Positions 1-10,004 of a DNA stretch of 60,929 bases are shown here, one piece after another. The DNA is from Thermoanaerobaculia bacterium (GTDB taxonomy: Bacteria > Acidobacteriota > Thermoanaerobaculia > UBA5066 > Gp7-AA6): the NCBI GenBank assembly GCA_038253555.1, contig JBBSGZ010000005.1, positions 1 through 60,929 of the forward strand, written 5' to 3'. The translations under genes and the position numbers were made by a program. The stretch's first letter is position 1, and each line of letters opens with the position of its first letter. A model generated the notes under the pieces. That model was not told the origin of the DNA. It was given only the letters and a program-made list of their open reading frames with translations, and made no database searches.

Positions 1-321
1 CGCGAGCGGTCCGCCCGCCATCAGCTCGCGAACGGTCGCTCCGCGGACGAGCTCCATCGAGATCCACGAGACGGCGTCTGACTTCCCGACCTCGTAGATG
101 GTCACGATGTTCGGGTGATTCAGCGCCGACGCGGCGCGGGCTTCCTGCTCGAACCGGGACAGCCGATCGGAGTCCGCGGCGAGCGACTCCGGGAGAACCT
201 TGATCGCCACTTCGCGGCCGAGGCGCGGGTCGCGCGCGCGCCACACTTCACCCATGCCTCCGGCGCCGAGCGGCGAAAGGATCTCGTAGGGACCGAGCTT
301 GGAACCCGCAGTGAGGGCCAG
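1..321 (-). CDS. Ser/Thr protein kinase, N-terminal part (runs off the window)
   Basis: Manual translation gives [44 protein letters not shown]...[18 protein letters not shown] lies 6 nt before a CTG at 321, so the start is probably non-canonical. Confidence 0.85.
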   Translation of the reverse strand, partial: MALTAGSKLGPYEILSPLGAGGMGEVWRARDPRLGREVAIKVLPESLAADSDRLSRFEQEARAASALNHPNIVTIYEVGKSDAVSWISMELVRGATVRELMAGGPLA

Positions 322-378
322 GTGATTCCTCCGAATCGTGTGCCGGGATTGTAAGGGTGAGCCCCGAGCGCGGGTCTG

Positions 379-1287
379 TCAGCGGGCCTGGTTCGAGAGC
401 TCGGTCTCGAGAAACGAGTCCAGCAGCCCGTTGAACTTCGCGGGGTCGTCCATCATCAGGAAATGGCTGACGCCCTCCATTTCGACGTAGCGCGCTCGCG
501 GGGTGAGCGTTCGCACGTAGGCCTCGTAGTCGGACGGCCACCCCGAGCTCTTCGCTGCGACGACCAGGAGAGGGACGCGGATTGGATCGTCGCCCCAGAT
601 TCTCGAGTCGAACATGCCGTCTCCGGCGCGGACGACGACGCTCTGCGGGGTCGCAAGCATGGTCTTTCGGATCCGCTCCTTCTTGCGCTCATCGGGGACG
701 GACGCAGTCATGCCGTCGACCATCTTCGTGAAGGCGGGGACGTAACCGTCGCCCCGCAGCGCTCCCATGAATCCTTCGCCCGCCTTCGGGTCTTTCGAGA
801 ACGGGCGCAGCGCTCCATCCACCGCGACGAGGGCGAGCGTCTTCCCCGGGTAACGCCGGTAAAACTGGCGGATGACCGGAGTGCCCATGCTGTGTCCGAC
901 CAAGACCGCCCGCGAGATCCTCGCGTCGCGTAGGACCGCGTCGATCGCGTCGGCGAAGACGTCCATCGACAGCTCCCCCTCGGGGGCGTCGCTCCGGCCG
1001 TGTCCGGGCAGGTCGACCAGAACGACCCGGTGCCGCGCGCTGAAGTGCGGCGTCTGTTCGGCCCAGAAGCTCATGTCGCACGACCATCCGTGCACGAAGA
1101 CCAGAGTCGGCTCGCCTTTCCCGACGACCTCGTAATGAAGGCGCCGGCCCGCGGGACCGGCGAAACGGGACGGCGCGGCACCCGAGGGGGCCGGGCGCCC
1201 GCTCGACGCACAGGCGAGAGCCAGAAGACATGCGCCCGCGAAGAGACCGGCGCGCGCGAGACGCTTCGGGAGGGAGAGAGAGGGCAC
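379..1287 (-). CDS. alpha/beta-fold hydrolase, probable lipoprotein
   Basis: FVHGWS, DLPGHG, GHSMG nucleophile elbow and C-terminal SHF; LALAC lipobox-like segment. Start placed at GTG 1287, 8 nt after TAGAAT (ORF track starts at 1335). Confidence 0.85.
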   Translation of the reverse strand: MPSLSLPKRLARAGLFAGACLLALACASSGRPAPSGAAPSRFAGPAGRRLHYEVVGKGEPTLVFVHGWSCDMSFWAEQTPHFSARHRVVLVDLPGHGRSDAPEGELSMDVFADAIDAVLRDARISRAVLVGHSMGTPVIRQFYRRYPGKTLALVAVDGALRPFSKDPKAGEGFMGALRGDGYVPAFTKMVDGMTASVPDERKKERIRKTMLATPQSVVVRAGDGMFDSRIWGDDPIRVPLLVVAAKSSGWPSDYEAYVRTLTPRARYVEMEGVSHFLMMDDPAKFNGLLDSFLETELSNQAR

Positions 1288-1350
1288 GGAACGGGATTCT
1301 ATCGGCGTCCGAAACGGAGAATGGCGGTCGGACACGGAATGAGAAAGACC

Positions 1351-3993
1351 TCAGTCTGCTTTCTCGGGTATCCAGCCGCTCACGACCAGGATCGGAAGCG
1401 AGGCGTCTTCCGGGCGTCGCGAGTTGACGACGAAGCGTTGTCCGTCGGCGGCCGCATCGTAATGATTGCGGGCTTCGATGAGCGGGAGGATCCGGGTCTG
1501 AAAGAGAGCGTGGGGCGCACCGGCCTCGAAAGTCGCCGTCGTCCCGATTTCGACGGCCATGATTTTGCTGTCCGGCGAGATGTAGAACAGCTCGCGTCCG
1601 TCCCCTCTCCACCGCGGCTGACTTCCGCCGCCCGAAGACACCTGCCTGCGTTCGCGGGATTCCGGAAAGCTCCGGACGAAGATCTCGGAGATTCCCGACT
1701 CCTCGGACTGATACGCGAGCCAGCGGCCATCGGGAGAAAGGCGTGCTCCGTACTGGCTGTATTTCTCCTGGAGGACCGGACGGCTTTGACCGGTTTGCAG
1801 GTCGCGCATCCACACCTCGTTGTGAAAAATTCGCCAGTCGAGGACTTCATAGAGGAGAAAACGCCCGTCTTTCGACCAGTCATCGAGGGGAGCGAAGGCG
1901 GGCGCCCGGAAGAGCAGCTTTTCGCCGCCGGCTCCGGCCGGATCGCGAACGTACACCTCACCCCTCGGAAAGGCGCTGTAGACGATCTGTCGGCCGTCGA
2001 CGCTCCAGAGAGGCGTTGCGGCAATGGGCGCCTGCGACGACAGACGCAACAGGCTCCCTCGCTCGACGTCGCCGCTCCAGATGGCGCCCGCAAGGCCTTC
2101 CTGATCGATCCTCGGCACGGCGATCCGCCGGCCGTCGGGCGAGAGCGTGGGCTCCCAGTACGCTCCGGGGGGACCGACCGTCTGAAGCTCCCGTCCCGCC
2201 CGGTCGTACAGCTGGAGCCGGCTCGCAGTCGCCCCGCCCGTCTGGTACACCAGCAGTCCCGTGTCGGACGCCGAGACCGCGAGGGCGGCGGTCGCGACAC
2301 CGTTCCACCGAATCTGCTCGACGACCGGAAACGGTTCCCCGCTGATGACGCGCTGGCGGGCGTCGAATCGCTGTCCCATCAATCGGTCCCCGCTGCGGTA
2401 GAGCACGAAGCCCGGCGGCACGTACAGGCCGCCGCCGTCGGAGGGAGTGAGACGGCTCGTCTCTTTCGATTCCAGGGAACCCACCCAGGTGCCGGAGGTC
2501 TTCGGATCCCCGCCGAGCACGAAGTAGAGGAAGTGGGTTCCGTCCGGCAGGAAGTCCGGCCAGCGATTCGTTTCCTGCGGATGCGCGACGAGATGCGAGA
2601 GAGTCGTTGACCTCCCCCCGCTCTCTCCCACGCGGTGAATCTGTCCCCCGGCGTTGACGGAGAAGACGATCGTTCCGCGAGAGCCCCACGACCCACCCCG
2701 CGGATTGGGGGCGTCGCAGAGAATCAGGGGAGATCCTCCGGAGGCATCGATCTTCGCGAGCTTTCCCTGGGCGAAGTAGGCGACCGAGCGGCTGTCGGGC
2801 GACCAGAACGGATTTGACGCACCTTCGGTCCCTTCGAGCGCTCGCGCCTCGAGCGAGTCGAGCGGCCGAAGGAAAAGAATGTCGCGCCCCTCGGTCGTCG
2901 TCGCGACGAACGCGAGCTTGCGTCCGTCCGGCGAAATGGCGGGCATTCCCTGGAACGCCGCACCCGAAGGGGGAGGGATCGCGAACCGGAGGCGAGGGGT
3001 TGTCCCCGCATGTGGCGCGCGTCCGCGGAGGAAAAACGAGCCGAGCAGGCCGGCCAGGAGCACCGCCGCGGCCACCCAGCCCGCGACCTCCGGCAACCGC
3101 CGCCGCGCGCGCGATGCTCCGGTGGCCGGGATCTCGGCTCTTTCCCGCACGTCTTCGAGCTCCAGCAAGAGATCGCGCGCGCTCTGCCAGCGCCTCTCCG
3201 GCGGCTTCGCGAGACAGCGCTTGACGACGCGCTCCAGCGCGGGCGGCGTCATGGGTTGCAGGCCCGAGAGCGGCGGCGGCTCGGTATGCAGGATCGCTCC
3301 GATGAGCGACGCTTGGCTCGTCCCGGAAAACGCCTTTCTCCCCGTCCCCATCTCGTAGAGCATCGCGCCCAGGGCGAAGATGTCGGTCCGCGCGTCGGCT
3401 TCCTTCCCTTCCAGCTGCTCCGGCGCCATGTACTGCAGGGTCCCCAGGATCGTTCCCTCCGCAGTCAGATTCGTCTGCGTGGGCAACCCGGTCAGACTTC
3501 CCTGCGCGGTGGTCGGAGAGAAAGCCTTCGCGAGGCCGAAGTCGAGGAGCTTGATCCCGGAGCTCGTCAGCATGACGTTGCCGGGCTTCAGATCCCGGTG
3601 CACGATCCCCTGGCGGTGCGCGAAATCGAGCGCGTCCGCGATCTCCACGCCGCATCGCAGGGTCTCGTCGAGTGGGAGCGGTCCTCCCGCGAGCCGATCG
3701 GCGAGTGTCTGCCCCTCGATGTACTCCATCACGAGGTACTCGATCTCGCCTTCGAGGCCGACGTCGTAGATGGCGCAGATATGCGGATGGGAGAGCTGCG
3801 AGATCGTCTTCGCCTCGCGCTCGAATCGCTGCCGCACGGCCGGTGCATCCGAGAGGTGCGCCGCCAGAATCTTGACCGCCACGATTCGGTCCAGCCGGGA
3901 GTCGCGCGCGCGATAGACCTCGCCCATCCCACCGGCGCCGATCGGAGCAAGAATCTCGTAGGGGCCCAGCCGCGAACCCGAGGCGAGCGTCAT
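1351..3993 (-). CDS. Hanks-type Ser/Thr kinase with TM segment and TolB/PD40-like beta-propeller
   Basis: [26 protein letters not shown]; hydrophobic segment; repeated (W/L/I)SPDG motifs. Confidence 0.93.
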   Translation of the reverse strand: MTLASGSRLGPYEILAPIGAGGMGEVYRARDSRLDRIVAVKILAAHLSDAPAVRQRFEREAKTISQLSHPHICAIYDVGLEGEIEYLVMEYIEGQTLADRLAGGPLPLDETLRCGVEIADALDFAHRQGIVHRDLKPGNVMLTSSGIKLLDFGLAKAFSPTTAQGSLTGLPTQTNLTAEGTILGTLQYMAPEQLEGKEADARTDIFALGAMLYEMGTGRKAFSGTSQASLIGAILHTEPPPLSGLQPMTPPALERVVKRCLAKPPERRWQSARDLLLELEDVRERAEIPATGASRARRRLPEVAGWVAAAVLLAGLLGSFFLRGRAPHAGTTPRLRFAIPPPSGAAFQGMPAISPDGRKLAFVATTTEGRDILFLRPLDSLEARALEGTEGASNPFWSPDSRSVAYFAQGKLAKIDASGGSPLILCDAPNPRGGSWGSRGTIVFSVNAGGQIHRVGESGGRSTTLSHLVAHPQETNRWPDFLPDGTHFLYFVLGGDPKTSGTWVGSLESKETSRLTPSDGGGLYVPPGFVLYRSGDRLMGQRFDARQRVISGEPFPVVEQIRWNGVATAALAVSASDTGLLVYQTGGATASRLQLYDRAGRELQTVGPPGAYWEPTLSPDGRRIAVPRIDQEGLAGAIWSGDVERGSLLRLSSQAPIAATPLWSVDGRQIVYSAFPRGEVYVRDPAGAGGEKLLFRAPAFAPLDDWSKDGRFLLYEVLDWRIFHNEVWMRDLQTGQSRPVLQEKYSQYGARLSPDGRWLAYQSEESGISEIFVRSFPESRERRQVSSGGGSQPRWRGDGRELFYISPDSKIMAVEIGTTATFEAGAPHALFQTRILPLIEARNHYDAAADGQRFVVNSRRPEDASLPILVVSGWIPEKAD

Positions 3994-6563
3994 CGGGCGC
4001 CGTCGACCAAGAAAAGGTGCGAGTGCATGCGGCGCGTTCCGTAGCCGTAAACCTTCATGTCATCCGAGATCGCGATCGGGATGATCGCGAGGGCGCCGGT
4101 CAGATCCGGCGGGCCGAAGGTCCGGAAGGGTTCCCGGAGGCCCGTCACGACGTCGACCCTGGAGACGCTCTGGGGCACCTCCCAGGCCCGGCCAACGAGA
4201 AGAGCTTTTCCGTCCGGAGTCCACCGGACGACCGTGTCTTCCCCGGCGCCGTCAACGACCTTCCCTTCGCCGCCCTCGGAAGGAAGCACCTCGAGTCCCC
4301 GCGAATTGCGGACGACGATCTGGCGCCCGTCCGGCGAAACGAAGCCCTCCGAACTGCCCTCCGGCGTCACGGGACGCGGCTTCGCGTCTTCGATGCCCTG
4401 CACATAACAGCGGACGCCGCGGCCGCTTTCGTGTCCGCAGATGAGAACGCGGCGGCCGTCCGGAAAGAACTGAGCGCTTTCGTAGGTAACGATCCCTCCG
4501 CTCGGGATCGTCCGCGTTTGTCCGGCGCCCGTCGGGTAGATGACGAGCCGGTCGGGGTTCGTCGGAATGACCGCGAGCGCAAACTTCCCGTCGGAAGTGA
4601 TGTCGGCCGCGGTTCCGTCTCCGAGCCGGACGGTCGGAGACCCGTCCGTTCCGCGCACGCAGGTCGAGTAGTACGGGCCGGCAGACGGGCTGTCCTCGGT
4701 GAAGAGGAGGGTCTTTCCGTCGGCGGTAAACGCGACCGGCCAGGTCAGCTCGAGCCAGGAGAGATCGCGCTCCCGGTCGGAGCCCGGAGGCAGGACCGAA
4801 ATGTCCTTGAACTGGTCGTCGCGGCTCGTCGCCCACAGTCCCTCTTTCGAAATGTCGTGAATCGTCAGACCGCCGGCGCTCTGGAGGGCGATGCGCCGCC
4901 GGCCAGAAAGGTCGACCGCGAAGATCTTGAACATGTTGTATCCGGACCCGGCCGAGAAGACGATCTCCCGCCCGTCCTTCGACCACGCGAGGCCTTCTTC
5001 GCTCCAGTACCCGTCGGAGAGCGAGGTCTTCTTTCCCGACAAGTCCACGACGCCGACGCTGCCGCGGTCGTCGAACCGGATCGGATGCTCGAAGAACGCG
5101 ATCCGCTTTCCATCGGGGGAGAATCGGATGTCGGAAAAGTAGCCGCCCGTCTCGAGCAGGACTTTTCCGAGCGGAAACTCGAGGCGGTCCTTGCCGCCGA
5201 CGCTTCGCGTGACGGCGAGCTCCGATCCGTCGGGCGACCAATCGGCTTCGCGGATATCGGTCGCGAGCTCGCGCGGCGCCCCTCCCTCGAGCGGCATCCG
5301 GGCGAGCGTTCCGAGGAACATCTTGTGGCGGAGAAAGCGGGCGTTCGTCAGCACCGCGAGCTCGCCGCGCGAGGACACGGACAGCAGGTGAATTCGTTGC
5401 AGCCCGCGGGAGACCGCGCCGGGAGAGTCCGGCCGCCAGGAAAAGATCTCGGGCGCGTTTCCGGTCGGCGCCGTGCTGAACACTACGGTCTTTGCGTCCG
5501 GCGCGAAGCGGGCGTTGAAGATTGGCTGGTTCTTGAACGTCAGCTGCCGGAAGGAAATCTCTTCGGTCCGTCCCCTCCGCGCGAAACGGCTGCCGGCGAA
5601 ATAGGCGGCCGCTGCGACGAGAAGAGCGGCTCCGATCGCCGCCAGTGCGGGGATGCGCCGCGTAGGGGCGGCGGCGCCGGCCGACGCCAGGGGAGCCCGC
5701 GCCGGCGCGGAGACGCCCGAAAGCGCCTCCAGGTCGAAGGCGAGGTCTCGGGCGGACTGGAACCTCTGTTCGGGATTCTTCTCCAGGCAGTGGCGGACGA
5801 TGCGCTCGACGCCGGGCGCGACGTTCTGGTTCGTGATCGAGAGGTCCGGCGGGTCCTCCTTCAGGATCGCGGACATCGTGTCGGCCGCGGAGTCGCCCTT
5901 GAACGCCCGCTGTCCCGCGAGCATCTCGTAGAGGATCGCTCCGAAGGAGAAGATGTCGCAGCGCGCGTCCGCCGGCCGGCCCCGCACCTGCTCGGGCGAC
6001 ATGTAGCCGAGTGTGCCCAGTACCATCCCGGGCTCCGTTCCGGCCGTCGCGGTGGGCAGGTTAGTCGCCGATGAGCCCTCCTCGAGGTGCGTCAGCTTCG
6101 CCAGGCCGAAGTCGAGGATCTTGACCCGGCCGTCCTTCGTGACGAAGACGTTCTCCGGCTTCAGGTCCCGATGGACGATGCCCTTTTCGTGCGCCGCCGC
6201 GAGCCCGTGGGCGATCTGGATGGCGTAGTCGATTGCCTTACGCGGGGAGAGACCGCCGGCGAGCGCCTGCCGCAGCGTCTCGCCTTCGAGAAGCTCCTGG
6301 ACGACGTAGGGCGCGCCCTCGTGCTCGCCGATGTCGAGCACGGCGGTGATGTTCGGGTGGTTGAGGATCCCCGCCGCCCGCGCCTCCTGCTCGAAGCGCC
6401 GCAAGCGATCCTCGTCGGCGGAGAACGACGCCGGCAGGACCTTGATCGCGACGTCGCGGCCGAGGCGCGGATCCTTCGCGCGATACACCTCTCCCATCCC
6501 GCCGGCGCCGATGGGCGCGAGGATCTCGTAGGGCCCGAGACGCGACCCGGGTGAAATGGACAT
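3990..6563 (-). CDS. Hanks-type Ser/Thr kinase with TM segment and beta-propeller
   Basis: [22 protein letters not shown]; WSPDG/FSPDG repeats; 4-nt overlap with the downstream kinase. Confidence 0.93.
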   Translation of the reverse strand: MSISPGSRLGPYEILAPIGAGGMGEVYRAKDPRLGRDVAIKVLPASFSADEDRLRRFEQEARAAGILNHPNITAVLDIGEHEGAPYVVQELLEGETLRQALAGGLSPRKAIDYAIQIAHGLAAAHEKGIVHRDLKPENVFVTKDGRVKILDFGLAKLTHLEEGSSATNLPTATAGTEPGMVLGTLGYMSPEQVRGRPADARCDIFSFGAILYEMLAGQRAFKGDSAADTMSAILKEDPPDLSITNQNVAPGVERIVRHCLEKNPEQRFQSARDLAFDLEALSGVSAPARAPLASAGAAAPTRRIPALAAIGAALLVAAAAYFAGSRFARRGRTEEISFRQLTFKNQPIFNARFAPDAKTVVFSTAPTGNAPEIFSWRPDSPGAVSRGLQRIHLLSVSSRGELAVLTNARFLRHKMFLGTLARMPLEGGAPRELATDIREADWSPDGSELAVTRSVGGKDRLEFPLGKVLLETGGYFSDIRFSPDGKRIAFFEHPIRFDDRGSVGVVDLSGKKTSLSDGYWSEEGLAWSKDGREIVFSAGSGYNMFKIFAVDLSGRRRIALQSAGGLTIHDISKEGLWATSRDDQFKDISVLPPGSDRERDLSWLELTWPVAFTADGKTLLFTEDSPSAGPYYSTCVRGTDGSPTVRLGDGTAADITSDGKFALAVIPTNPDRLVIYPTGAGQTRTIPSGGIVTYESAQFFPDGRRVLICGHESGRGVRCYVQGIEDAKPRPVTPEGSSEGFVSPDGRQIVVRNSRGLEVLPSEGGEGKVVDGAGEDTVVRWTPDGKALLVGRAWEVPQSVSRVDVVTGLREPFRTFGPPDLTGALAIIPIAISDDMKVYGYGTRRMHSHLFLVDGAR

Positions 6564-6600
6564 TGTGAAGTCGCCCGATTCTACGTTGCGGGACCGCTCG

Positions 6601-6789
6601 TCAGGTCCTGCGGGCAGGATAGGGTCGCTTGAGCTCCGCCACCCAGATGTCCCCCTCCGTCGCGGTCTTGATCGCCACGGATCGGTCGAGCCGCGGGTCG
6701 CGCGCGCGGCAGACCTCGCCCATTCCGCCGGCGCCGATGGGGGAGAGGATCTCGTAAGGCCCGAGGCGAGAGCCCGCGATCAGCGTCAC
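6601..6789 (-). pseudogene. kinase remnant (N-terminus joined to a propeller-type C-terminus)
   Basis: [41 protein letters not shown], then abruptly [21 protein letters not shown]. Confidence 0.75.
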
Positions 6790-6790
6790 T

Positions 6791-6943
6791 TCAATCCTTA
6801 CGCCGCGTCGAGCTCTGCCAGGGACCGTCCGAAGTTGAAGAGGATGGTCTGTCCCGCGCCCCGTAAACCTCCCCCATCCCACCCGCGCCCAGCGGCGACA
6901 GGATCTCGTAGGGACCAGGACGGGTCCGAGCGGGGAGTGTCAA
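6791..6943 (-). pseudogene. second kinase remnant
   Basis: Manual translation from TTG 6943 gives (M)[34 protein letters not shown]...*; kinase similarity stops after about 31 codons. Confidence 0.7.
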
Positions 6944-6964
6944 CCGATGACCTGGCCGAGAATT

Positions 6965-9634
6965 CTACTTCCCGCCTGCGACGAGCTTTTGGAATCGAGG
7001 GTTCTTGCGCAGCGGATCGAAGTCGGGGTCGATGTTGAGCCAGCCGGGCGAAAGGATGTACGGAATTTTGAGCAGTGGCTCGAGGTGGTCGAGCGCCTTC
7101 TCGGGCTCGCCCACCCGGATGAAGATCCGCGCGAGCTGGTGCTGATAGTACGGGCCATCGTACGCGTCCCTGGCCACGGGCATGAGGGCCACGCCGCGCT
7201 CGCCTTCCCGCACCGCCTCCGCCTTGTGTCTGTCTCCCAGGAAGGTGAGCGCGAGGCCACGCAGGACATGTCGGGTTGCGTCGTCCGGAGTATCCCGAAG
7301 CTGGGCTTCTGCTGCCGCACGTGCCGCATCCGCGTACTGCCGCGCCTTCTCTCGATCGCCGCGCAGCGAGGCGGTCTGGGCGAGCGAGATTCCCCAGGCC
7401 AGGCGGTCGTCGGCGAAGGCTGCCGGGGGAAGGCGTAGCAGGAGGGTTTGCTGCTCCTCGTCCAGTACCCAGGTCAGGTTGTTGTACGTCGCCAGGTACG
7501 CCACGAGAGCTTTCGGATCCAACTCGCGCGGGGCCGCCCTGAGCACGGAACGCGCACCCGCCAGGTCTCCTTGCGCCAGGGAAACCATCACCTTGGTTTC
7601 GAGGATGCCGAGCGATCGAGGCGCCAGCGCAAGGCCCCGGTCCGCGGTGTCGCGAGATTCGGCGTAGTGCCTGAGCAGGAGCAACGTCCGCGCAAGGCGG
7701 CGCGCCGTCAAGGCCGAGCGCGGGTCGACCGCCTGCGCCTGGCGGAGGGAGGCAAGACCGTCTTTCCACTGGCCGCTGCGTTGCTGCACGAGGGCCGTTC
7801 CCACGAGCAGGTCGGCGTCCCGCGGCGCCTTTTGCCGCCCCAGAGCGAACTGCTCCGCCGCCCGGAGCAGATCCCCGCGAGTGGCCTCGTAATAGTCGCC
7901 GAGAGCCAGATGGGCCGCAGCAAGGCCGGGAGCAAGCGCCAACGCACGCTCGGCCGCCGCCCTGGCCTGCTCGCGCTCTGCCGGGCTCGGAACGCCGTTG
8001 GCATAGTGGAAGGAGTGTGCCCGCGAGAGCTGAGCCCATGCCTGCGCGAAACGGGGGTCGAGCGCCACCGCCTGTTCGTAGTGACCAATGGCCCGCCGCA
8101 GACTGGGCGGATCGGCGGCGGCCAGACCCTTCGAGGCCTCCTCACCTCGCAGAAAGGCGTCATAGGCGTCGAGGTTCTGCGTGGGTTTCTCGGAGAGTCG
8201 CTTCTCTTCGCCGGCTCCGAGCGCGACGCCTAAAGCGCCGGCGACTCGGGTCGCGATGTCCGACTGCACCTGAAAGACGTCCGTCAGCGCCGCGTCGAAG
8301 GGCTGTTGCCATTTCGACGTCGCGGCGTCCGGGCGCGTCAGGTCCACCAGCTCGGGGGTCAGATGCACGCGGCTCCGGCCTCCGACCTTCTCCCAGCGCA
8401 ACGTGCCGGTGAGAAGGTACGAGACGTTCAACTCCCTGGCTATCTGCTCGGGTGTCTTCGTCGTCTTCTTGTAGGGCGTCGAGCTGCCGCGCGCGATCAC
8501 CTGAAGGCCCTTGAGCGAAGTCAGCTTGCCGCGCACTTCGTCCGCGATTCCATCGGCGAAATAGTCGTCCTCAGGGGCACCCAGGTTCTCGAAGGGCAGA
8601 ACCGCCAGACGCTTCACTCCTCCGGCGTCGCCCGCGCCACCGCGCGTCGGCCGGAGAAGCAGGGCAGCAGCCGCGATGGCTACTATGGCGGCGACAATCG
8701 CGGAAGCCATGAGGACGCGCTTTCTTCTGGAAGGCCCGACCGCATCAGACGCCGTTTGCGGGCCGCTGTCGAAACCCGGCGAGGAGGCCACCGAGAGGGC
8801 GAACACGATGTCCTTCGCCGACTGGAACCTGTCGTTCGCGCTCTTCTCCAGGCAATGCCGGACGACGCTGTCGAGAGCCGGTGGGATGCCACTTCCCGAC
8901 TCCGACAGACCCTGCGGATCGTCCCGGAGGATCGCGGCCATCGTGTCGCTGGCCGTCTCCTTCTTGAACGCCTTCCGGCCCGAAAGCAGCTCGTAGAGGA
9001 TCGCCCCGAACGAAAAGAGATCTGAGCGGTGATCCACCGGCAGCCCGCGCGCCTGCTCGGGCGACATGTAGCCTGCCGTTCCCATCACAGTACCGCGTAC
9101 CGTGTGGGCCGGGCCGATCGGGGCGCTCGTCTCCTCCTCCGGGGAGGAAGTGGTTTCGATCCTCTTCACGAGCCCGAAGTCGAGGATCTTGACGTGGCCG
9201 TCTGACATCACGAAAAGGTTCTCGGGCTTCAGGTCCCGATGGACGACCCCCTTCTCGTGGGCCGCGGAGAGGCCCCTGGCGATCTGGAGCGCGTAGTCCA
9301 CGGCCTGCTTCTGCGGAATCCGACCGCTGTCGAGCTTCCCACGCAGCGTCTCACCCTCCAGAAGCTCCATGACCGCGTAGGCGGTGCCGTCCTGGTTGCC
9401 GAAATCGTAAATCGCCAGAATGTTTGGATGAGAAAGGGCCGCGACCGCCTTCGCCTCGCGCTCAAATCGGGCGAGCGAACCGGGATCGGCGGCGACGGAC
9501 CGGGGGAGGACCTTGACCGCGACGTCTCGCTCCAGCTTCCTGTCCCGCGCCCGGTAGACCTCGCCCATCCCGCCTGCGCCGAGCGGCGACAGGATCTCGT
9601 AAGGGCCGAGGCGGGTCCCGGCAAGGAGTGACAT
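6965..9634 (-). CDS. Ser/Thr kinase with TM, TolB-N-like (AVLPFEN) and TPR domains
   Basis: Intact kinase motifs; RLAVLPFENL...DYFADG; AYDAFLRG; TPR-like helices; C-terminal DPDFDPLRKNPRF. Confidence 0.93.
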   Translation of the reverse strand: MSLLAGTRLGPYEILSPLGAGGMGEVYRARDRKLERDVAVKVLPRSVAADPGSLARFEREAKAVAALSHPNILAIYDFGNQDGTAYAVMELLEGETLRGKLDSGRIPQKQAVDYALQIARGLSAAHEKGVVHRDLKPENLFVMSDGHVKILDFGLVKRIETTSSPEEETSAPIGPAHTVRGTVMGTAGYMSPEQARGLPVDHRSDLFSFGAILYELLSGRKAFKKETASDTMAAILRDDPQGLSESGSGIPPALDSVVRHCLEKSANDRFQSAKDIVFALSVASSPGFDSGPQTASDAVGPSRRKRVLMASAIVAAIVAIAAAALLLRPTRGGAGDAGGVKRLAVLPFENLGAPEDDYFADGIADEVRGKLTSLKGLQVIARGSSTPYKKTTKTPEQIARELNVSYLLTGTLRWEKVGGRSRVHLTPELVDLTRPDAATSKWQQPFDAALTDVFQVQSDIATRVAGALGVALGAGEEKRLSEKPTQNLDAYDAFLRGEEASKGLAAADPPSLRRAIGHYEQAVALDPRFAQAWAQLSRAHSFHYANGVPSPAEREQARAAAERALALAPGLAAAHLALGDYYEATRGDLLRAAEQFALGRQKAPRDADLLVGTALVQQRSGQWKDGLASLRQAQAVDPRSALTARRLARTLLLLRHYAESRDTADRGLALAPRSLGILETKVMVSLAQGDLAGARSVLRAAPRELDPKALVAYLATYNNLTWVLDEEQQTLLLRLPPAAFADDRLAWGISLAQTASLRGDREKARQYADAARAAAEAQLRDTPDDATRHVLRGLALTFLGDRHKAEAVREGERGVALMPVARDAYDGPYYQHQLARIFIRVGEPEKALDHLEPLLKIPYILSPGWLNIDPDFDPLRKNPRFQKLVAGGK

Positions 9635-9691
9635 CGGCCTATTCTGGTCCAGGTTTCACGCCGGTCCGGGACGACCGGCGCGGCGCGCGCT

Positions 9692-10004
9692 TAGCAGCCC
9701 GAGGAAAAAGGTGTGGGATGGCGTTGCGAGCGCTTCATGTTGTCGGGCTGGCTCTGGGAGGCGACGCGACGAAGGCGATGCTGTTCGCATCCCGCGCCGA
9801 AGAGGCGCGTCAAAGAAAGCGGAGCGTCAACGCGGATGCAGACGGCCCCGCGCCGCCGCAACCCGCAGGGCGGACGCGCTATTGCTCGGCGTTACGCCAA
9901 GAAGAGACCCTGACCGACATGCAGTACGAAAGTCTGCGTGGTGCCTGTCGCCGATTGCAAAAGCCCGGACGCGACACCCGCATCCATTTTTCCTCGGGCT
10001 GCTA
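9692..10004. mobile_element. MITE-like element with perfect 18-bp terminal inverted repeats
   Basis: TAGCAGCCCGAGGAAAAA at 9692-9709 and its exact reverse complement at 9987-10004; no transposase inside. Confidence 0.75.
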
